Shown here: piece after piece, positions 30,784-40,915 of the stretch
Numbering within the stretch: position 1 is the first letter of the stretch
Layout: every line of letters begins with the position of its first letter
IMG/VR virus record: IMGVR_UViG_3300044706_000051
Location: 1,600-65,599 of that record
DNA: 64,000 bases
Source: a virus
Lineage: Duplodnaviria; Caudoviricetes
Strand: one strand, 5' to 3'
Notes under the pieces: generated by a model
What the model was told of the DNA's origin: nothing
What the model saw: the letters and a program-made list of their open reading frames with translations, nothing else
Database searches by the model: none
Translations under genes and position numbers: made by a program

Positions 30784-32243
30784 CAGACGATCCCTCCTGT
30801 TGCATTCACGGTCACGGTCCCGGCGATTGGGATCTCGTTGGCGGCCATGACGACGTCGGCGGCGGTCCCGGGCGTCCCAGGCGTGCGGCCCAGCATCGAC
30901 GTCGTGCCGTAATCCACGCCCTCGGTGGTGTTGATGGCGTGGTAGACGTCGCTGAGCGACACCTGCTTGCCGAAGTCCACGGCGCTGTAGGCGAACAGGG
31001 CGTTGATGGCGTTGGTCACCGCCGTCTGCACCGTGGCCCGCTTGTAAGTCGGCAGGACGTTGATGGTGACCGTGACGTCCACCCCTACGTAGGTGGGGTC
31101 GGCCACTGTCAGGGTCGTGCCGATCAGCATGCGGGGCGTGATGTAGTTGGTCACCGCCGTCTTGACCGCCGCCGAGGCGGCCGAGCCCGGGTTGTTGACC
31201 GGTGCCACCCGTACCGTGACCGCCGTGGGACCGGTGGCCGTAGCCTTCGCGTGGCCGACGCCGGTTACCCGCCGGGCCAGGGCGGCGAAGTCGTCCACGG
31301 TCACGGCCCGGTTGATGGCGGTCAGCGAGCGCGGGGCGTTCTTGCGGATGGACTCCAGCGTCTCGGGGTCGGCGCCGCCCGTCGCCGCCGAGGTGTTGCT
31401 GACGCTCTGGACCGGCTGGGACACGCCGCTGACCACCACCGGGTTGGTGAGCTGGGTCAGGGTATTGGCCCCGACGTTGCCGGCCGAGCCGTCAGCGATC
31501 CGGTAGGTGGCCTGGATCTGGGCGCCGGTCAGCGGGACGCGCCCGTTGACGTCGTCGCCGAACTCGATCCAGGTGATACCGCCCTCGTCAATCGACGTCG
31601 TGTAGGCCGGGTCGTAGGGACCGACGTCGATCAGGTGGTCGTGATAGCTCCACTGGAGAGCTGCGCCCGACGATTCCACCACCGTGACTGACACCGAGCC
31701 ATCCACCACCGGGGAGCGGAACAGGGCGTAGCGCTGGTACAGGGCGCCGGTAGACGTCGCCACGACCTCGCTGGTGATCGTCTGCCCCTGGGTGGCGGTG
31801 ACGGTGGCCGTGGCCCCGCCGGAAGCCAGCGTGAGATCGACGTCAGTCTCAAAGATGAGCGGTGTCTGGCCGATGTCGGGGATCGTCTGCACCTGGGTGC
31901 CGGCGGGGATGGTCACAGTCCCCGCCGACGGCGGCGTCGTGAACTGGAGGGTGGTCGAGGCCGCCGTCATCCCGGTCGGCTTGTAGTCGAGCATCTTGGC
32001 GATGGACAGCACCGAGCTGCGGAGGATGGCGCTGTCGAGGTACGCCTCGTTCGCCACCCGGTCGGCGTAGAACGAGAGCATGTCCCCGACGTAGGCGAAC
32101 AGCTCGATGAGCACGATGCCGAAGTCGTTGGGCGACTCGCTCGTCCACTCGGGCATCCGCTGGCGCTTGGCGTTGATCAGGTCGGCGCGCAGCGAGGCCC
32201 AGTCCCTCGACGAATAGTCAATCGGCGGCAGCGGCTCAGGCAT
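30783..32243 (-). CDS. baseplate J/gp47-like wedge protein
   Basis: DYSSRDW, WT.ESPNDFG..LIELFAY, GGADPETLE, RAVTVDDF. Confidence 0.9.
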   Translation of the reverse strand: MPEPLPPIDYSSRDWASLRADLINAKRQRMPEWTSESPNDFGIVLIELFAYVGDMLSFYADRVANEAYLDSAILRSSVLSIAKMLDYKPTGMTAASTTLQFTTPPSAGTVTIPAGTQVQTIPDIGQTPLIFETDVDLTLASGGATATVTATQGQTITSEVVATSTGALYQRYALFRSPVVDGSVSVTVVESSGAALQWSYHDHLIDVGPYDPAYTTSIDEGGITWIEFGDDVNGRVPLTGAQIQATYRIADGSAGNVGANTLTQLTNPVVVSGVSQPVQSVSNTSAATGGADPETLESIRKNAPRSLTAINRAVTVDDFAALARRVTGVGHAKATATGPTAVTVRVAPVNNPGSAASAAVKTAVTNYITPRMLIGTTLTVADPTYVGVDVTVTINVLPTYKRATVQTAVTNAINALFAYSAVDFGKQVSLSDVYHAINTTEGVDYGTTSMLGRTPGTPGTAADVVMAANEIPIAGTVTVNATGGIV

Positions 32244-32252
32244 TTATCCTCC

Positions 32253-32654
32253 TCAGCTCGGCCACCCGGCCGTGGCTGTGGGCGTGACGGAAATGACAGC
32301 GACCTTGACCTCGCCGGTCGTGACGAGGTGGTACTCGACCCGGATCTTGAGAACACCGGCCGCCAGGTCGATTTGGTCGATGCTGACGTTGTCCACGGTC
32401 ACCGCCGGCTCCCACTGCTGGATCCCGGTCTTGATGGCGTTGACCAGCATGGCGGCGTGGAGGTTGTCGTTGGCCTCGAACACCGCCAGGCCGGCGCCGC
32501 TCCCGTAGTTCGGCCGCATGACCCGCTCACCGGGGTTGGTTCCGATGATCGAGCGCAGCCGTAGGGCGATCTCCCGGGTCAGGTCATAGGTCGCCATGAT
32601 CTTGCCGGCGCCGTCGGGCCTGAACGGGATGTCGAGAGCTGCGGAGCGCGGCAT
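32253..32654 (-). CDS. baseplate wedge gp25/GPW-like
   Basis: IIGTNPGERVMRPNYGS, QWEPAV. Confidence 0.9.
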   Translation of the reverse strand: MPRSAALDIPFRPDGAGKIMATYDLTREIALRLRSIIGTNPGERVMRPNYGSGAGLAVFEANDNLHAAMLVNAIKTGIQQWEPAVTVDNVSIDQIDLAAGVLKIRVEYHLVTTGEVKVAVISVTPTATAGWPS

Positions 32655-32839
32655 CAGGGTGCGGGCGCCGGCTCAGGTGCCGGCTCCTGGGCATTGGCCC
32701 ACGACGCCATGCAGTTCACCGTGTCGAAGTAGTGCGTCTGACCCTGCGGCGGGTTGACCGTGTACCAGCCCGCGGGTGTACCAACGCCGGGCTCGGTGGA
32801 CTTGCCGCAGTAATCGCAGATCCACACGTATTTCATCAT
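32654..32839 (-). CDS. small Cys-containing hypothetical protein
   Basis: ICDYCGK...HYFDTVNC; coupled to gp25. Confidence 0.65.
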   Translation of the reverse strand: MMKYVWICDYCGKSTEPGVGTPAGWYTVNPPQGQTHYFDTVNCMASWANAQEPAPEPAPAP

Positions 32840-32849
32840 CGAGCTGCTC

Positions 32850-33722
32850 CTAGTACTTGATGAGGTAGGTCATGACCATGTAGGGCTGGAGGTTGCCGCT
32901 AACGGCAGCGGCAGAGCTGGGGCCGGACGTGTTGATGTTCGGGCCATCGGAACCTCCGCTCGGCCCAAGAGTGTTCGGGGTACTCGGGCCACCGGTAGTG
33001 GTGGTGTGGAAGTGATTTTTCATGCCGTGGTTGTGCTGCTCCAGCCCATGCTGGTGCTGGCCGCTCATCCACCCTGAGGCGCCGTCTCCGTTCGGCGCAC
33101 CTCTGGCGGTGCCGTCGATGTTGAGAGGGATCGAGGCGCCCGGAGCGCGCTCGTCTTCCCACGGTGCTTCGGAGGCGAAGCCCGGCCGGTCATGGTGGGC
33201 GTGCGCCGTGGCGTAGTTGTAGCCGGTGTTACCGATATTTCCTGTGTGCCAGTGGTTGATGCCGTGCCAGTGGTCGGCGTTGGCGTTCTGCCAGCCCTGC
33301 GGGTTGGCATACCAGTCCGATGTGTTATCGCTCGGCCCGCCGCTGTTCCCTGTGTGCGTATGGCTATTCAGGCTGTGGGTGTGGCCTCCCAGGGTGTGGG
33401 CGTGGCTCGCCAGGTCGTGGGTGTGCGGGGCTGTCGAGATCTTCGAACCGCCGATCTTGCCCAGGGCGTTGAAGTCAGCGTCGCCACCGTCGATGTGGAC
33501 GATGGCCTTGCCCTTGAGGTTCGGCAGGAGGAAGTTGTTCGTCGGATCGACCGGGTTCCCGTACATGTGCGTCTGACCGAACGCCGCCCAGAGAGCTGGG
33601 TACTGAAGCTTGGCGACCTCCTGGCCGTTGCAGGCCAGCCAGCCGTCAGGGACGGCCGAGCCGGCGTAGGGCATGACCAGGCCGGCGGGGATGATGGCGG
33701 CGGGGAAGACGGAGACACCCAT
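32850..33722 (-). CDS. tail-collar domain fibre protein
   Basis: PAGLVMPYAGSAVPDGWLACNG...FLLPNLKGK; HTH-type metal repeats; NLQPYMVMTYLIK. Confidence 0.85.
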   Translation of the reverse strand: MGVSVFPAAIIPAGLVMPYAGSAVPDGWLACNGQEVAKLQYPALWAAFGQTHMYGNPVDPTNNFLLPNLKGKAIVHIDGGDADFNALGKIGGSKISTAPHTHDLASHAHTLGGHTHSLNSHTHTGNSGGPSDNTSDWYANPQGWQNANADHWHGINHWHTGNIGNTGYNYATAHAHHDRPGFASEAPWEDERAPGASIPLNIDGTARGAPNGDGASGWMSGQHQHGLEQHNHGMKNHFHTTTTGGPSTPNTLGPSGGSDGPNINTSGPSSAAAVSGNLQPYMVMTYLIKY

Positions 33723-35473
33723 CAGGCCACCGCTTCGTACATGAATTGGATATCGACGTCGTGGCCGTTCGCCCACGTCCAGGGGTGCGTGGCGTCCACC
33801 GGCTGCTCCGTGCCGGCGGGCCATGTGGCGTGGTACCAGAGTGACAGGTTATTGGGGGCATTCCCGTCGAGCCGGACTAGGACGTTCTGACTGGCGCCGC
33901 CGCCCCACAGCTTGGCCGAGCCGACGATGGCCCAGATGCTGATGGCGGTCTGAGCTGGGAACGGCAACGAGAGACACCACTTGTTGCCGGCCGTCCCGAA
34001 CGTCGTCGTAGAGCCAGGCAGCAGGCGCATCGTTCCAATGACGGTGCGTCCGATCTTCGTGTACCGACAGGCGAGTGTCCCGTTGCCGATGGCCGGGGCG
34101 GTGCCCCCGCTCGGCGTGCTCCAGACCGGCGTGAAGGTGTTCCACGCCTCGGAGGCGACCGTGGCAAGGGGCATGGAGCCCACCGAATAGGTCGGTACCG
34201 CAGCGCCGGTGATGTCTTCGACGGTAATGAACGCAGGCTCCCCCGCACCAGCCTGCATCGACATGGTGCTCGTCGCCGTCTGAGCGTAAAGCTGATAGGT
34301 GTGCGTGCCTGCGCTGGGACTCAGGACGTATGACACCTCGACGCCGAAGTCATTGACAGTGTTGCCGATCCAGAAAGGCGTAACGCTCAATTGCGTGGCA
34401 CCCTCCTGAATCCAGAGGTTGCCCGCCATTCCGGCGGTGGCTCCTCGGAAGCAGGCGTGGCCGTTGATACGCAGCGTACGGCCCGCTCCCACCGTGACGG
34501 TGACGAGAAGGTTGGTCAAAGCCGTGTTCGTCGTACCGATGCCGATGCCGAGCCCGGTGCCCTGGCTGACGGTAGAAACTACTTGGCCGAGCAACGCCGA
34601 GGGAGCCGTGTTGGCTGGGGCCGGCGTTGACGTAATGTCCGCGATTTCAAGGGTGGCCGGGTAGTTCGTAGCGGCGTTGCTGGTCAACGTGCCGGTGCCT
34701 TGCTGTCGCCACATGTTGACCTGGAAGGTGTGTGTACCGGCCGACGGCGAGATGATCGTGCTGCCCACCATGCGTTCGCCACGGCCAGCAGTAGGAAGAT
34801 CGGCAGCAACCTCATCAATGGATGCGCCGTCCATGAAAAGCTGCGAGATGGCGTGGTCGGCAGAAACCGTGCTAGTCGGGTAGACCGTCCACTGCGCCCG
34901 CAATACCCGGCCCGCAGGAACGGTGATTGTCGCGCTCAGCCCAGTAATGTTCGTCGCCGTATTAACGATGCTGCCCTGGTTGGTGGTGACGATAGCCTGC
35001 GCCAGCAGTCCGACCGGGATCGCCTGCCCACCATAAGGGTTCTGGAAGCCGGTGATGTCCTCGACCAACAGCAGTCCGGGGATGGTGCTGTACCCGCCGA
35101 ACGTCAGCGTCCCCGCTGAAGTTCGCGCCGCCAGTCTGAACGTATGTGTCCCGGCGGTCGGACTGACGACGCCAAGGGCGGTGATCTCAGTAGCGCCCGT
35201 TGTCTGAATGTCGGCACCACTGTCGCAGATGTAGTTGCTGTTCTCGTCCAGAATCGTTAAGCGAGCGGCAGCGGCCACGGTACAAGACACGAAGCCGAAC
35301 CCGGTGATCAGAAGAGTCCGCCCCGCAGGAACGGTGACAGTCACTGCCAGGCCGGTGAGGTTGTCACCGGGAGCGACGGTGTTTGTCGTCGTCTGCGTCG
35401 TCGTCGTCTGAGCCCGTCCGAGCAGTGAGCCCTGGCTCTGCTGGATCTGCTGGGGGTAGGTCGTGATCGGCAT
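33722..35473 (-). CDS. tail-associated protein with three ~140-aa beta-sandwich repeats and a C-terminal receptor-binding-like domain
   Basis: Repeats TVTVPAGR...SP.AGTHT...EDIT; C-terminal WNTFTPVWS...IGNGTL.CRYTKIGRTV. Confidence 0.75.
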   Translation of the reverse strand: MPITTYPQQIQQSQGSLLGRAQTTTTQTTTNTVAPGDNLTGLAVTVTVPAGRTLLITGFGFVSCTVAAAARLTILDENSNYICDSGADIQTTGATEITALGVVSPTAGTHTFRLAARTSAGTLTFGGYSTIPGLLLVEDITGFQNPYGGQAIPVGLLAQAIVTTNQGSIVNTATNITGLSATITVPAGRVLRAQWTVYPTSTVSADHAISQLFMDGASIDEVAADLPTAGRGERMVGSTIISPSAGTHTFQVNMWRQQGTGTLTSNAATNYPATLEIADITSTPAPANTAPSALLGQVVSTVSQGTGLGIGIGTTNTALTNLLVTVTVGAGRTLRINGHACFRGATAGMAGNLWIQEGATQLSVTPFWIGNTVNDFGVEVSYVLSPSAGTHTYQLYAQTATSTMSMQAGAGEPAFITVEDITGAAVPTYSVGSMPLATVASEAWNTFTPVWSTPSGGTAPAIGNGTLACRYTKIGRTVIGTMRLLPGSTTTFGTAGNKWCLSLPFPAQTAISIWAIVGSAKLWGGGASQNVLVRLDGNAPNNLSLWYHATWPAGTEQPVDATHPWTWANGHDVDIQFMYEAVA

Positions 35474-38400
35474 CAGTTATCCGCAATGAAGGTGATGCCG
35501 TTAAGGCTGCACCATGCGTTCGATGCGCCAGCGGCGTTGATTACTTGGCCGTCGGTCTGCACATCCACTCGGTTCAGGACGTTGTTATCTCCCATCGTGG
35601 TGAAAAGCGCCTTGAGCCCCGGCCGGTATCCTGCCGGCAACGTCATCATGCTCGTCCCCAATGTGCCCGAGCGGACCAGCCCTCGCAGATACACGATGCC
35701 GGCGACCTTGCGGAGTAGCGGCGCTGTAGCAAGACCCGAGTACCCGTTCGGGCCGTAGAGGTTGTCGTAGACCACCCAGCCATTGGTGAGGGTGACATTG
35801 ATCCACCCTGAGTCGCCGGGGATGATCGGACGCCACGCTGTCCCATCCCAGACCGACATCTTGCCGGTGTCAGTCTCGAAAATCGTCATGCCGACCCACG
35901 GCGAGCTGGGCCGAGCTGTGGAGTTGGCTGGCGTCACACCGTTAGCCGTCAAGACTGGCGACACACTCTGCGGAGAGATGTCTTCGATCAGGAAGTAGTT
36001 GGTGTCGGTGCCTGCCGTGTTGTAGACGCCCACCGTCCCTGTTCCGGCGTCCCGCCCGTACCAGACGGTATAGGTGTGTGAGCCAGAGCTGGGTGTGACG
36101 ATGGTTGAGACGAAGAGATCATCCCCGTTGTTGGCCGCCGTCATGTGGAGGTAGGCAGCGTTTAGGACGGTGCCCGTTTCATCCTTCAGTTGGAGTACAA
36201 CCCGGTCGCCCGCCACGGTGGAGGTCATGTGCGCCTTGGCCGAAAGCCGCAGCGTGCGACCGGCCGCGACCGAGATAGTCGAAGTCAACGTCGAAGCGAC
36301 GACGCCGGTCGTGCTCGGCTGCGAGAGGTTACCGAGGTAGGCCAACGTCGAGGACGGGGCCGTGTTCGCCGCTGCGGGGGTTGGGGTGATGTCCTCGACT
36401 TGGAGGATTGTCGGGTAGCCAGCTCCAGCGATCAGGGTAATGTTCCCGCCACCGCCGTTGTCCAGTGTGGCCGAGAACGTATGTGATCCCGCCGTTGGGC
36501 TGACGATGGCCTCGCAGGTGAATTTCTCGGGGACGTTCGCAGCCGTCAGACGCAGGTCGGACTGCTGGATCTGACCCGTCTGCCCGATGCCCGTTGCCGC
36601 AGCGTTGTCCTGATAGAGCCCAACACGCCCGCCAGCCGCTACGTTCACCTGCGAGTTCTGAAGGTACGTCTCGAACTTGACCCGAAGCGTTCGACCGTCA
36701 GGGACGGTGACGTTGACCGACATGTAGTTGTTGAGGTTCGTCGCCGCTGCGCTGTTGGCCGTTACTCTGGCTTGACCGAGCAGACCTACCGGCACCGAAG
36801 TCGAAGCAGTCGGCCAAGGTTGCCCGGTCACGTCCTCGACATAGATCGCTCCGGGCCGGTCAGAGGCATTGTCGGTAGCCAACGAACCGGTACCGCCATA
36901 TCGCTGGGCGGTGAGCTTATAGGTGTGGGTGCCAGCAGACGGAGAAATCACCGTCACCCCGTCGAAGATCATGTAGCCGCCAGCCTGCTGGGCATCCTCC
37001 TGCCCGTAACGGCCGAGGTAGGTACTCCCCTCCTTGATATAGCCCACGATCCGGTCGCCAGCAGCTCCCGCTTGGAAGCCAGAATGTCCGGTGATCTTGA
37101 GCGTGCGGCCGGCGGGAACTGTGACTGTAACGGCCAGGCCGGCCACGTCAGTCTCCGTTGCTGTAGCTCCAATGGTCTGAATGGTGGTGACCTGGGCCTG
37201 TGCCAGCATGATCGCTGACGGGCTTGCAGCCGGCGTCGAGATGCTGACCCCGGTGATGTCCTCCACGAGCAGGAAAGCCGGGAAGGTCGCACCGCATGTG
37301 AGCGTGCCGCTCCCCGTACCGTTCAAACGCAGCAAGGTGAGTTTGTAGACGTGCGTTCCGGCGGTCGGCGTGATGATGGTGTCGCCCGCAAACGTCACGT
37401 CTTGAGCGGCAACACGCAGCACCTCATCGACGGTGTTGAGGAGCGTCGCCCCCTCTTTGATCCGTAGGCTGAAACGATCATCGGCCACTGTGCTCTGGAT
37501 GTTCGCCCTGGCGCTGAGCCGAAGCATTCGACCTGCCGGGACGGTTACCGTCACAGTGAGGCCGGTCAGGTCCGTTTCGGTCGTGATCCCGCTCTGGTTC
37601 GTCGTTACCTGAGCGGAGCCCAGTTGCGCTGACGGCGAACCAGCCGCAGGAGCAGGCGTCGAGGTTATGTCTTCGATGTAGAACTGGCTGACGCCCTGGT
37701 TGGTCGCCGTTCCCGTCCCAGTCTCTCGGGTGAACGCCAACCGGAAGGTGTGCTGCCCAGCGGGTGGTGAGTACAGCAGGTCAATGTTGATCCACGTCTG
37801 TCCCCATGAACCGCCAGGGAACGTCTGGCTTATGCGGTCACCGATGTTTGCGCCATCCATCTGGACGGCGAGCCCATACACATCCGTGGCGTTACCAGCT
37901 TGGATTCTGACCCAGGCGCAAATCCTCAGACTCCGCCCCGCTGGGACGGCGACGGTCAGCGACACCCCTAGGTCGGTGTAAACAAAGTTTGTCCCGGAGG
38001 TAGTAACCGCACTACTGCTACCGCCGTATTGGGCCAGCAGTCCGACCGGCACCGACTGCGGCAGCACCGGGAGCTGCGAGCCGGTGATGTCCTCCACCAT
38101 GATGAAGGCCGGCTGCGTCGTGCTGGCCGTCATCTGCATGGTGCCAGAACCAGCAGATGCCCGCAGCTTGTAGGTATGTGTCCCCGCGGCAGGAGTGCGG
38201 ATCACCTCGATGGGAATGTACTGATTCGAGTTCGCTACTACGACCTGCTTGTCCGAGTACTGGACGGTCGTACCGTCCTCGGAGATCTGAAGATCCATGA
38301 AGCTGTTCGCCACGCTGAGCTGGAATGCCCCGGCGCCGCTGATCCGCAGCGTTCTTCCAGCCGGCACCGTCACAGTGACGCTGAGCCCCGTCAGATCCAC

Positions 38401-38499
38401 CAGCGTTGTGATACCGGTCTGGTTCGTCGTCGCCGGGGCGTAACCGAGCAGCGGCGTCTGGGCCGTAACGTTCTGTGCAGGCAGGGTATCGATGGGCAT
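35473..38499 (-). CDS. 1008-aa tail-associated protein with six beta-sandwich repeats and C-terminal fibre-tip domain
   Basis: Same repeat as 33722..35473; C-terminal DSGWINVTLTNGW...LRKVAGIVYLRGLV. Confidence 0.75.
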   Translation of the reverse strand: MPIDTLPAQNVTAQTPLLGYAPATTNQTGITTLVDLTGLSVTVTVPAGRTLRISGAGAFQLSVANSFMDLQISEDGTTVQYSDKQVVVANSNQYIPIEVIRTPAAGTHTYKLRASAGSGTMQMTASTTQPAFIMVEDITGSQLPVLPQSVPVGLLAQYGGSSSAVTTSGTNFVYTDLGVSLTVAVPAGRSLRICAWVRIQAGNATDVYGLAVQMDGANIGDRISQTFPGGSWGQTWINIDLLYSPPAGQHTFRLAFTRETGTGTATNQGVSQFYIEDITSTPAPAAGSPSAQLGSAQVTTNQSGITTETDLTGLTVTVTVPAGRMLRLSARANIQSTVADDRFSLRIKEGATLLNTVDEVLRVAAQDVTFAGDTIITPTAGTHVYKLTLLRLNGTGSGTLTCGATFPAFLLVEDITGVSISTPAASPSAIMLAQAQVTTIQTIGATATETDVAGLAVTVTVPAGRTLKITGHSGFQAGAAGDRIVGYIKEGSTYLGRYGQEDAQQAGGYMIFDGVTVISPSAGTHTYKLTAQRYGGTGSLATDNASDRPGAIYVEDVTGQPWPTASTSVPVGLLGQARVTANSAAATNLNNYMSVNVTVPDGRTLRVKFETYLQNSQVNVAAGGRVGLYQDNAAATGIGQTGQIQQSDLRLTAANVPEKFTCEAIVSPTAGSHTFSATLDNGGGGNITLIAGAGYPTILQVEDITPTPAAANTAPSSTLAYLGNLSQPSTTGVVASTLTSTISVAAGRTLRLSAKAHMTSTVAGDRVVLQLKDETGTVLNAAYLHMTAANNGDDLFVSTIVTPSSGSHTYTVWYGRDAGTGTVGVYNTAGTDTNYFLIEDISPQSVSPVLTANGVTPANSTARPSSPWVGMTIFETDTGKMSVWDGTAWRPIIPGDSGWINVTLTNGWVVYDNLYGPNGYSGLATAPLLRKVAGIVYLRGLVRSGTLGTSMMTLPAGYRPGLKALFTTMGDNNVLNRVDVQTDGQVINAAGASNAWCSLNGITFIADN

Positions 38500-38834
38500 T
38501 AGACGACGGTCACTCCTGAGGCGGTAACGGTCAGAGCTGAGCCGGCGCTGGCGCGAGCCTGGAGCGACGCCCCGGTCGGAAGCACCGAGCTGAAGGAGAA
38601 GGCCACAGTCGAGTAGGCGCCGATCTGCTCCTGGGAGAGGATGTTGTTCGCCACGCCGGCCGTTCCGCCCGAGGGGACATAGGAGATGTCAAGTACCACC
38701 GCTGAGCCCGTCGTGTTGCAGACGATGATCTCCTTGACGATGACCGTCGTTGCGCCCGGTACGGGGCCGTAGACGGTGCTGTAGCTCGTCGTGAGCTGCG
38801 CCTGGCCGAGCTGGACGGGAGTGAAGGTCGCCAC
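38499..38834 (-). CDS. 111-aa structural/adaptor protein, paralog of 40583..40915
   Basis: VIVKEIIVCNTT...VPSGGTAGVANN versus VIVTNIIVANVT...VPAGGTAGGANR. Confidence 0.7.
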   Translation of the reverse strand: MATFTPVQLGQAQLTTSYSTVYGPVPGATTVIVKEIIVCNTTGSAVVLDISYVPSGGTAGVANNILSQEQIGAYSTVAFSFSSVLPTGASLQARASAGSALTVTASGVTVV

Positions 38835-39098
38835 CTAGAAGCCGCCCATCCAGAAGAGTGCCTCGGGGTTGAAAGCCCCACCGCCGCCGCCGGACACTGC
38901 CGCCCAGGTGCCCGGCGTGCCGGCGGCGGTGCAGATGTAAATCGAGCCGTTCTGCGTGACGATGAAGTCGCCCACGGCGAAAGTACCGGTGGTCGGGGCG
39001 CCCGACGTCGTGCCACCGACGTGCCGCGTCGCGGCGGTTGCCCCGGTCAGGCCGGTGGCGGCGAAGGCGGGAGCGGTGCGAACGGCGAGATCTTTCAT
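38835..39098 (-). CDS. 87-aa fibre-associated protein
   Basis: GGTTSGAPTTGTFAVGD...CTAAGTPGTW motif shared with 41244..42206. Confidence 0.7.
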   Translation of the reverse strand: MKDLAVRTAPAFAATGLTGATAATRHVGGTTSGAPTTGTFAVGDFIVTQNGSIYICTAAGTPGTWAAVSGGGGGAFNPEALFWMGGF

Positions 39099-39103
39099 GG
39101 CGC

Positions 39104-40192
39104 CTACCCGAAGACAATTGCGCGGTACTGGTTGGAGGTCGGGGCCACGGTGAAGACGAGGGTCACCGTGTTCGTGGAGGTCGCCTGGAAGTCGGCCTCC
39201 ATGATGGCGAAGGGCGAAGAGTTGTCCCGCAGCATGACCATGACGTCCTGGGTGCCGAGGTTGTGGGTCACGACGATGGACGTCGAGCTGCCGTCGCCGA
39301 TGCTGGTGGCGTATTTCCGTACGGCTACTGTCGTGTCGAGGGCGAAGGTGGTACCGGTCAGCGTCAGGCCGGCGCCGGCCAGGTACGTCCCAGCTCCCGA
39401 GAACTGGGTGAAGGTCAGGGAGGTGGTGCCGACCGTGATGGGGTTGTCGGTGGTCAGCACCCAGCCGGTGTCGGCATTGACTGTCCCCTGCTCCACGAAA
39501 GTGAACAGGCCGGCCGTGACCTCGGCGTTCTGGTCGGCGTCGGTGGCCCGGGTCCATGAGCCGTTAGCTCCGGTGCCGAGGGTCGTGACGACATAGATGC
39601 CGTTTTGCGAGGCCGTCGTCTGGTTCTTGACCAGCACCCGGTCGTTGGCCGCCAGGGAGATGCCGTCGAGGGTGTTCGGGGCCGCCGCCAGGTTGATGTT
39701 GCCGATGGCCGGCGTGGTGGCGACCCGGACGCTGGCCTTGATGTCGAGGCCGGTGGCGACGCCGTCCACGTAGTTCTTCGTGGCGGCGTCCTGGGCTGAC
39801 GTCGGGTCGGCCAGGTTGATGATCCTGAAGCTGGTGCCCCAGGAGACGTTGGCTGTCGGCGGCGAGAGAGCTGACAGGGCCACGGCGGCGTGCGCCGTGT
39901 TGTCGTGCGTCGGGTTGCCGTGGGTGTGGTCGGAACGGGCTGCCGTCGAGGCCGCTCCGTTGGCGCTGGCCGCCCCGAAGGTCTGCTCAGCGGTAACCGC
40001 ACCGAAGGGAACCGACGTCCCGTCGGCAGCGATCCAGCCCGAGCCGTTGTAGTAGTACAGCTTGAGGGCGACGGTGTCGAAATAGACCTGGCCGGCGACC
40101 GGCGAGCTGGGAGCGGCGGCGAGGTTCTGGACCCGGGCGTTTTGCAGCTCGTTCTTGCTCAGGTCGATGGGGGTCAGGAACTTGCGGGCCAT
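39104..40192 (-). CDS. tail-fibre-like structural protein
   Basis: ARVQNLAAAP, DAATKNYVD, KASVRVAT, RVLVKNQT.ASQNGIY, W.RATDAD. Confidence 0.75.
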   Translation of the reverse strand: MARKFLTPIDLSKNELQNARVQNLAAAPSSPVAGQVYFDTVALKLYYYNGSGWIAADGTSVPFGAVTAEQTFGAASANGAASTAARSDHTHGNPTHDNTAHAAVALSALSPPTANVSWGTSFRIINLADPTSAQDAATKNYVDGVATGLDIKASVRVATTPAIGNINLAAAPNTLDGISLAANDRVLVKNQTTASQNGIYVVTTLGTGANGSWTRATDADQNAEVTAGLFTFVEQGTVNADTGWVLTTDNPITVGTTSLTFTQFSGAGTYLAGAGLTLTGTTFALDTTVAVRKYATSIGDGSSTSIVVTHNLGTQDVMVMLRDNSSPFAIMEADFQATSTNTVTLVFTVAPTSNQYRAIVFG

Positions 40193-40202
40193 GGCTGCTC
40201 CC

Positions 40203-40583
40203 TCAGCTCAGGTACGCCGTGCCCGAGAAGGCCCCGGAGAACGAGATCTGCATCTGGTTGACGGACGGGTAGGAGATGTCGCCCTCGACGTTGGAGCCGC
40301 CGCTGTCCACCACGGTGACGTTGGGATAGAACCCGAGGTTGTGGTTGATGACCCAGGGGTTGGCCGGCGTCCCTTGGGTGAAGACGTAAGAGGCCGGAAC
40401 GGCGGTGTAGGTGACGTTCACCTCACCGACGCCGGCATCGTCGGTCACACTCAGGGTCGTGTTGGTGCCCGTACGGAAGTCCACCCGGGGCCGTGTCCCG
40501 ACGAGTGCCCCGTCCTTCGCTACAGCGACCCCTGTAGAGGCCGCTGCGCCCGTCGTAATGGGAGAGAGGATGGAGATGCCCAT
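40203..40583 (-). CDS. structural protein
   Basis: YVFTQGTPANPWVINHNLGFYPNVTVVDS...FSGTAYLS. Confidence 0.7.
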   Translation of the reverse strand: MGISILSPITTGAAASTGVAVAKDGALVGTRPRVDFRTGTNTTLSVTDDAGVGEVNVTYTAVPASYVFTQGTPANPWVINHNLGFYPNVTVVDSGGSNVEGDISYPSVNQMQISFSGAFSGTAYLS

Positions 40584-40915
40584 CAGGTCTGCACCACCCC
40601 GGAGATCGTCACTGTGAGGCTGCTGGCGGCTCCTGCAATGGCCGAGATGAAGTCCCCGGGGTTCATGACCGTGGACAGGTCGAAGGGAACCACCGTGTTG
40701 GCCGGAATGGTGGTGCCAGGGATCAGCCGATTGGCACCGCCGGCCGTACCGCCGGCCGGGACGATGGAAAGACTGAGCGCCACGCCAGTCGTAGTGACGT
40801 TCGCCACGATGATGTTGGTCACGATGACCCGTAGAGCTGTCCCGGGGACGGTGTAGACCGTCGCCTCGGTCACACCGGGCTGCCACTGCGCCAGGCGGGT
40901 CGGGGTGACGGCCAT
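40583..40915 (-). CDS. structural/adaptor protein, paralog of 38499..38834
   Basis: See paralog; TGATG overlaps. Confidence 0.7.
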   Translation of the reverse strand: MAVTPTRLAQWQPGVTEATVYTVPGTALRVIVTNIIVANVTTTGVALSLSIVPAGGTAGGANRLIPGTTIPANTVVPFDLSTVMNPGDFISAIAGAASSLTVTISGVVQT

